A stretch of 63,738 bases of DNA, filler included, from Sluysia triapertura (Eukaryota): NCBI GenBank assembly GCA_046118255.1. It is 5 parts of 5 records of this genome, joined end to end, with 100 filler letters (N's around TTAATTAATTAA, not from the genome) between each part and the next. Parts side by side here need not be neighbours in the genome. Positions count along the whole stretch, not along the records: positions 50,966 to 63,738 come from JBJNIA010083255.1; 4 more parts are not named here. The stretch is one strand, 5' to 3'. How positions within the stretch are numbered: position 1 is the stretch's first letter; the number at the start of each line of letters is the position of its first letter. Made by a program: the position numbers and the translations under genes. The notes below the pieces were generated by a model, which was given only the letters and a program-made list of their open reading frames with translations, did not search any database and was not told the origin of the DNA. Below, piece by piece: positions 56,005 to 63,738 of the stretch.

Positions 56005-59000
56005 TAATATTAGTGAAAAAACTTTGCACATTTTATTAAATCAAAAGATTTGATGGAATAATCGAAATTAGAGTTCAAAAGAAATATAAACACTACCTCA
56101 TTTTCGTATGTTTCAATAGATTGACCTGTTTGAACATTAAGATTGTAATCTAATTGTTGACCTTGCTGTCCATGCATTTGAGCACCAAATTGATCGATAT
56201 TTAATCCCAAAACGCTAGCTAGTGTTTGAGGCTTGTTTTGATGAGCAAGATTATGTGGGTCTGATTTTACTGCATCATTGAGTCCAAGTGCATTTTGAGA
56301 ACCAACACTACTATTGCCACCTTTCCGTACTAAATCAGCCCAACCATGTTTATTGCTAACTGACTGTGATGAATCAGCCTGTTGCTGTTTAAGGGTATTT
56401 GCAGCAGTCATATGTCGATAAATCCCGGATGGATCAGCAGGCCCCATGCTAATGATAGCTGGATCATCGATATTATCGCTCCATACACTAGTATGATGTT
56501 GGGACTGATTCGCATTTGGAGAAACATTAGAAACTGTTGCTGGATTTGATGGAGATATATGATCTGCCTGTTCAGATCTTGATGGAGAAGCTACTGCAAC
56601 TGCCGATGACGGTGACGTTAATTGTTGCTTTTGATTGGATTGTAATAATGACCCTGACATTAATATTGGAGAATGTTGTGATGGAGACGTTATATCACAG
56701 TCAATTAAAGAACCTCGAGACCAAGTGTTAGTTCTAAAAATGTAGTACATTTTGCTATATATTTTTATATCTGACATCAATTATTCCTAATTACACAATG
56801 TATATGTTATATTTTAAGCCAATAACTTTAAAATTATATTTAAAATATCAAAATCCGATTTAATACATTCATTTGTTTTCCTACTATTAAGAATATAAAA
56901 TATAATTTTTTCATTAACCCATTAATGACGAACATCTTAAATTCTGATTAAATTCCTTTCATCTGCTTAATTTATAGCCTTTACCTAACTATGAAACCAT
57001 ATATAAATTTGAGTTTTCTATAACATTCAGAAAACTAAGTTTAAGTTTAATAGATCATAAAAACGAAATATTAATTTATATTCATTTATTAGCTATAAAT
57101 ATATATTCTGCGGCAACTATAGTTGCTCGTCGTCATTAATGGGTTTAAAATAATAAATCTGTTTTAGATTTAAATCAGTTTATAAAAACTGAGTTATATT
57201 TTACCTTAAATTAGTTGCCTCTAACCTTATATAACATAAAGCAGGAGCATATTGTTAATAAAAGAATGTAATAAAAAAATACGTTTCATAATCTGAACAT
57301 TATCGACTCCAATGCCAGAGACAAAAATATTTACATGCATTAAGTTCATCTTTGAACCCTATTTTACAAAAATGAGAAATTTCCAAGTTTGCTTCATTTC
57401 GACCTAACCTGCAACATTAAATTGTTAGAATAGTATCTGACATGTTAGGATTATTTTTCTGAGGCTCAAGTGTAATAGAAATATTTACTACCTTTGCCGT
57501 ATTCTTCAGTGCACTGACAGTCTATCTCTTTCAGCTCTTATAATTTTTGGATTAGTGACGTAATTTCAACCTAGAAGCAAAATAACTGAAAATCCTCTTT
57601 GGCTTTTTCTTCTCTCAACGGCAATGCCGATGTGAGGAATGCGAACGGATATTGTTCAACCACTTCTGACAATTTTCATGTGCAAAATTCTTGGAATCTG
57701 ATCATGTCTAAGAAACAGTTTTTTCGCCACTGTTAGATTTGTTCGCGCCATGGAAATCGATGATCGCTTCACATTTGCTCATTTTTTTAAAAAATTATCA
57801 AATCATTTTCTGAAATACTAATGAAGACTAAAATGGGTCAGTAATGCACAATTTAGGTAAATGAAAATTTCTAGAACTAGTAATAAAGAAGCTGAAATAA
57901 ATAAAAATCCTCGAAATTAAAACCAAAAATGCCTCTACATAAGTAGAATCTGAAATAGAAACTCAAAATCAAGCGTATGAAATTTTCATGTAATAATCAA
58001 GGTTTATATTCGTAGGAATAATTTCGCAGTATTGAGAATACCATTACATGGAAATCTGGTTATACAGATGTTAATAATTGTCTATTGATGTAATAAAGTT
58101 AACAATCAAAGCAATTAATGCTCATGGGTCATATAGCCATTTCTAAATTCATCTGATCATTTCATTATAAGCATTCAAAGCTTATCCATATTATAAAAAC
58201 GGCTACAGTTTTACTCGTTCTTCTATTCGTTGCAACGATAACATTAAATTGTTACTCAACCTCCTTCACTGAATTTGTTCAATCTTTAAAATACTTAATG
58301 CAACATTTTTTGGTTACGAGACTTAAATCTAAAGTGACTAAAAATCTAAATATATTAAATACCTAATAATATAGTATAAAATACTAAATATTACAAATGA
58401 AAACTAGGCTTAAATTAAAACTCAAATGTATTACAGTACATCTGTCAAAATCAGAACATACTTTATTGAAAAAACTCCAAAAACTGCTTTAAATAAATTA
58501 AAATAAAAATGACAAAACACAAGTTACAAATACCTAAAAAACATGCAATGTTAATAAACTAAGAATTAAAATTGAACAATAATACATAGCCAAAGTTATG
58601 TTATAGTTATTTCATAGACAAAATTGGCCAGATAATCGCAAAAATACACAGAATAAGAAAAGCAATATTTTAGTATGAAATAAAATTGGCCATATAATAG
58701 GATTAACCGTAGGAATAAATACTATAGAATAAAATTACATATTAAATGGCCATATTTTTGTAACTAAGACACTACATAAACATTTTATTCTATTAACAGG
58801 AAATATTTATTAAAGAAAATCTAAGTACCAAAATTTCAAATAAAGAATTTAAATTAAAATCTGGATTAACATAAGTAAAACTAAGAGAAATATAAATTCT
58901 AACTAAACATTTTAAAAAAGAGAAATGTATTATAGTTTTCTGAGTACTTTGTGGCATATATGAAATCCGAAAAAAATTAACGTTTAGCTTATTAAGAAAA

Positions 59001-62000
59001 AAGGATTTTATGAATTCCGGTAGATTATTTCAAAAAATTAAATTTTTTGCATCTCACCAAAAGGAACGAATCAAAAGAATTCACCGTAAATTGAGAGACT
59101 AATTTTGCGTAATTATATTTGACAATACCAAATTTTATTTGACGAATTACCAAAGCTCTAATTTTTAATAAGTGAATTTTGTGACATTAGACAAAGATAA
59201 AATACTCTAGCTTTTATAAAGTAATAATTTTCAAAAATATAAATTTATATTGATAATTTTAAATTTAACATTTTGAGAATTTCCCTCATTTTAATAGTTA
59301 AGAAATAATAAATCCAAAAGGTATATAGATGAGTCATTTTGAAGAATTGGTCAGTAGATTGATCCACAGAAAGACACATATTAACAATTACCTCATTTTC
59401 ATACCTCATGGTGTTTAAATCATAAAAAGGTTCAATATAGTCTTTAAATTTCAATAATGAAGTTAAAATTGAAACTTAGAAACTTCTGTTCTGCATGCAA
59501 ATCATGCGAAACAAAAACGCTGCATTTTGGTTACGATCAAATGCGGTTGTTTCTACTTGAAATGTGTTCAGAACACCTATTTCCGTAAGTTATCCAAGTC
59601 TAAGTCTATCCTGTAAGTCGTAGTAACCCTACCTAAATCTTTTAACCGTTCTAAGTCTCATAGAATCTGGATGTTTTCGAAATTTTATTATTAATGTAAA
59701 ACTTGGATTTAATTAATATTTTAATATTAATATTTTACTATTAATATAAAACTTCCATTTTAGTGCTCTATGAACCATTTATTTATTGGTATGAATGTTC
59801 TCAATGATTCATTTGGAGATATGACATTTCGTAGTGTCCTTCAATTGCACCTTTTGCAACTCTTTTTAATATTACTCTTGGAATTAATTTTAATTCATAG
59901 TTGTCCTGATTGCTTCAAAATATTTTGAAATATCATCTTTTCTTCGCAGTTTCAAAATTAAATTTTATCATGAATGATTCCTAAAAAATTGTTGATATTG
60001 TATTTGATTCCAATTTCTTACTTATCTAATGACCTCTTTTATAAATAATGTAGAAAATCTCTTCCTCATATCATTATCACACGATTCAATTATACTTGGC
60101 AAAAATGAAATTTATATTGTAACCCGTTGTAAAATGTTCCAGTGTATTTAAATGGGTTCAAAACGCATGTGTGGTGTTTGACAACACATGAGAGCTCATC
60201 TTAGGATAAGATTTTATTAACTGTTATTCCAGACAACCAGATTTTTGTTTTAATTCATTTGCTGAATTGTCCAAACATTACGCGAAACTTCACTAAAATC
60301 AGAGTACCAATGTTTATAGCGGTCTATAGGTTATTTGATATGCGGTGATATGGAATACGTGAAGACATGTATTCAAAAACCATTTCACAAGTTACTTCAA
60401 AATCTTAATAGATTTGATAAAATGCATAAGATGATTTGTATGATGAGTCATACAAAACTTGATAACTTTTTATAATTTAAATCGGTGTTATCATTACCAT
60501 CAATCAATCTCATTTTTATATTAAATTTTGTTTATTCACGAAAAACTAACAATAATGAATCTTTGTTAGATGTCCATACATTATCAGATAAAACGGATGC
60601 CTGTGTTTGCTGCTGATTTGGATTAAGCTGAGCGGTAGGTATAATTCCTGAAACATTTGAAGTGATATTGGCCGTTATCACAGATCCACTTGTAGGCATT
60701 TCCCAATTCATATTGACAGATGATAAACGTTCGACAAATGAATTAACGCCGTTGTTACATTTGCTCATACCACTGTCAAGTGTAATCTGTGTTTGAGAAA
60801 AATGCGCATTCTGTGTCATATTATGTTGTAAATGAGTTGGAACATTACTGGATGACAAAACAACAGTCGACAAAGGTTGAGGAATTAAACCACCATTACT
60901 ACCATAATTAGTAGTTTGTTGTGGCATCATTTGCACATTATATGATGAATAAGTAGGATCGATTAAACCATTAGGTAACTGAGGATGCGCATGTGGATTG
61001 TGCTGCTGATTTGAAATTGAAATTGCATCTTGTGGTGACATAGAAAGTCTTTGTATTAGTTTTGTCAAATCTTCTGGATTTTGTGGAAATTTAACAATCA
61101 TTCCTGAACTATCACATGTACGATTCAATGTTGGATGTACTAAAGGTGGAGTTAATGATTCTGTTAACGGTGGTACGCGGATATCTTTTCGACAGAAAGG
61201 AACACCATTAAAGCGACGACTGTAATCCTGTAAGGTAGAAAAATCTGAGTCACATTTCCGTCGCATTAATAAGGAATTTTGAAAATAAATGCCTTGTGAC
61301 CACCACTGAAACATTTGAGAATCATGAAATGGACCTTGACAATTATTTCTAGGATCTAAATAGTACCACTGATATTCATCGTCTAGCATTAAACCACTAG
61401 CTACTGGTACTGAAACTGATGTTGGCACACAAATTCCTGTGGTGCTCGACAACGAAACATTTGAATTACCTAATGATATTAAAGATGATGATACTGGTTT
61501 AGACACTGAAAGACCCATTGTATTAGATAAATTTGGGGTACTAGTTGGATTTTGTTGAAATAATTTCATTATAATATTGGAATCTACGTTATCTGGTTTT
61601 AAATTAGGATTATTTTTATCGTTTACAGTTGAATTTATAATTGCAGATACATTACTATTTTGCATACCATAAGAACTCTAAATTAAGAAAACTAGTCAGT
61701 TTGCGTATACATACATTATAAATAAAGTAAATTTTATACATATTTTAACGTATTAAATGATTGCAAAATGAGATAAATTAGATTGCATAAGTATAACATT
61801 ATGTGCAATTAAAATAATTTAACAAAATGTATATACTTACTTTTCCAATATAGTTTGATTCCAATGAATTTTGATCTATATCTCCAAAACCTTTGTAATC
61901 TCTAAAAATATTTCCGTTTAAATTGTCATAAGATTCATATTTCGGTTTTCCTTGAGAAGTGTCCGTTTCTAATGGATTATTTGTAGAAACTGGGGATTTT

Positions 62001-62259
62001 ATATTATCTAAAAAATATTTAAATCATTCCTCGCCACTGCAGTTGATTAGAAGTTTTAGCTATATGTTAAAAAATAAAAAATTAAAAATAATTTTAATTA
62101 AGTGTTGCATGCAACACTTTAAAAGTAATGTAAAATTAAAACAGCAAAATCTTCCATTAAATAAAATTGCAATGGCCAAAATTACCTGAAACTTGGGTTA
62201 CACTCTGTTTACTCCACATAGATGAGGTAATGTTTTGATTCATATTTTGTTTCATACTG
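54422..62259 (-). CDS. GIGYF: GIGYF1/2 (PERQ/GYF-domain) translational repressor homologue, internal exons
   Basis: Phase-consistent exons 62259-62186, 62007-61841, 61677-60551, 56733-56097, 54571-54422. GYF domain QWYYLDPRNNCQGPFHDSQMFQWWSQGIYF; C-terminal NWCKSYL...VDITTLVELLKDVESPYE matches the GIGYF C-terminus. 5' exons lie beyond the window; 3' exons not found before the gap. Confidence 0.88.
55939..56000 (+). repeat. (ATT)n microsatellite in GIGYF intron
   Basis: Directly visible. Confidence 0.95.
56918..57143. mobile_element. piggyBac-type MITE (226 bp)
   Basis: Perfect 13-bp TIR CCCATTAATGACG / CGTCATTAATGGG; left flank TTAA, right flank TTTA (mutated TTAA TSD). Confidence 0.8.
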
Positions 62260-63119
62260 CTAGTAAAGACCAAAAAATATTATGTTATATTCTATAAAGT
62301 TGATTAAATAAAAAAGTTAAATTTAAACTATGTATTCAGCAAAAAGTAATGTATTACTCTTTGTTAAAATAATGCTTTAGAATCATATTAATACCAAAAA
62401 TTACCTGTAAATTTATGAAATCGATACTCCGTTTACTTCAAACAAATGATTGTTTAAAAAAGAACGTTAAAACAAATTTGTTTAGAGACATATTAATTTA
62501 ATTGAAATATTATTTCAAAAAAATATGAAATGAGACTAAAAGCACTTAAATAATATATAAATTCTTTAAAATAATTATTTATATATATGTGATTGTATAA
62601 AAAAAATTAATTAACCGTCTTGCGTGTGCGAAATGTGGTTTTTAAAACAAAATATAATTTAAATTTACATTATACGAAGACTATTATAAAAACTAAAAAT
62701 TGAAAATTATAATATAATGTTTTATAATACTTTTTACATTTCAAATGAATATTCTTTTATCCTCATATTATCAATACTTATTAAAATAAGAAATGGTTGC
62801 AATTTATCCAGTGTTAGTAATTGATTTTAAACATTACAGGTGTGGAGGGCGTTAAGTAATTTAATTCTAATAAATTATAATTAGTTCTATTTAATATTAA
62901 TAAATTATGTTTAATTTTATTTATTTTCGAATGTGTATTTAAAAAATTTATGAATTTACTTAACAAAAACTATCACACTTTAATTCAAAAACAATTAGTG
63001 AAATATAAAGTTTTTATCAATGAATTATTCCTAATGCCTTTAAAAAATAACAAGTTTAATAAAATGACAATATTTGAGACTTTATTTATACAATAAAGTA
63101 TAACAAAAAAATATATAAC

Positions 63120-63738
63120 AGTACTGAGATAAGTAAGTAAAGAGTCTAGAGCATAGTGATACGAATATTGACAGTACAAAATTATGTTTCAAAAACGAAT
63201 AATAGGTGATATGAGTAATGGGTAACAGTCTTTTCAAAATGCTTGGTAATTTTAATGTATGCTCTCTAAACACTGAATTTCGCACACACTCCTTAAACAG
63301 AGTACCCTGGATATCGTTGTATTCCAAGGAACACACAAAATAATTGATGGGAAATGATGGGAAATATCACTGTTGATGCAGCAGCATCAATGAAACCTTC
63401 TGTCTTTTATTGGTGGAGTCCAACCAATGGCGTTTCCAAAAATGTAACCCATGATATCATTGAAACATATCAACAGAATTTGTAGTATAAACCAAATAAT
63501 GTCCAGGAAAATATTGTTTATTAAGAAGTGACTGCTCGTAACAAATGAGTCCATCCAAGCAATACAAATTGCTTAAAATAATGTTTTTTAGTCAATATCA
63601 AGACTAAGATCACGAAACCAATTAAACAAAAACTAAACGAAATTAAACAATGATTAGTAACAAAATACTGCAGTAAATCTTCTTTAGTCAATAAAATTCG
63701 AAAATGACTAATGAGATTTTCTCCGAACAAGAAATAAT
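63120..63738 (-). pseudogene. Intronless pseudogene of phosphatidate cytidylyltransferase (CDP-DAG synthase, CDS1/2-like)
   Basis: YFLFGENLISHF...HCLISF..LIGFVILVLILTKKHYFKQFVLLGWTH...NDIMGYIFG..GWTP..KTEGFI...FVCSLEYND...CVRNSVFREHTLKLP...HNFVLSIFVSL, with deletions, frameshifts and stops. Confidence 0.85.

Noticed and set aside
57300-57800. Tc1/mariner-like N-terminal fragment (also possible TE at 59850-60400)
   Set aside because: Coding-like composition but no diagnostic motif I could verify.

Overview
This is very AT-rich eukaryotic (metazoan) DNA with GT-AG micro-introns of 32-42 nt; a flatworm-like or other spiralian origin is a weak inference only. The window is five contigs joined by an artificial 100-bp spacer (44 N + TTAATTAATTAA + 44 N), so adjacency across gaps is not biological evidence. 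Recognisable host genes are a near-intronless lysosomal alpha-mannosidase (GH38), a DDX3/PL10 DEAD-box helicase (3' end lost at a gap), a drebrin-like/Abp1 ADF-H gene, an RBM4/lark-like RRM gene, a GIGYF gene (both ends missing) and two orphan RGG exons. There are two intronless pseudogenes (receptor guanylyl cyclase, CDP-diacylglycerol synthase) and many decayed TEs: pogo/Tigger, mariner, piggyBac MITE, Gypsy, BEL/Pao, CR1/L2, Penelope and NeSL/R5-like LINE fragments. The most unusual signal is a four-copy family of 134-158-bp elements with LTR-like TGT...ACA ends (4-bp target duplications in two copies) that carry a tRNA-derived Pol III cassette in the 3' half, a possible tRNA analogue of 5S-carrying Cassandra LTRs. 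Also notable: a LINE relic with two Ulp1-like protease domains, a three-hairpin element in a DDX3 intron, and a GGTTC-N6/7-GAACC palindrome array. All coordinates were counted by hand and TE boundaries are approximate.
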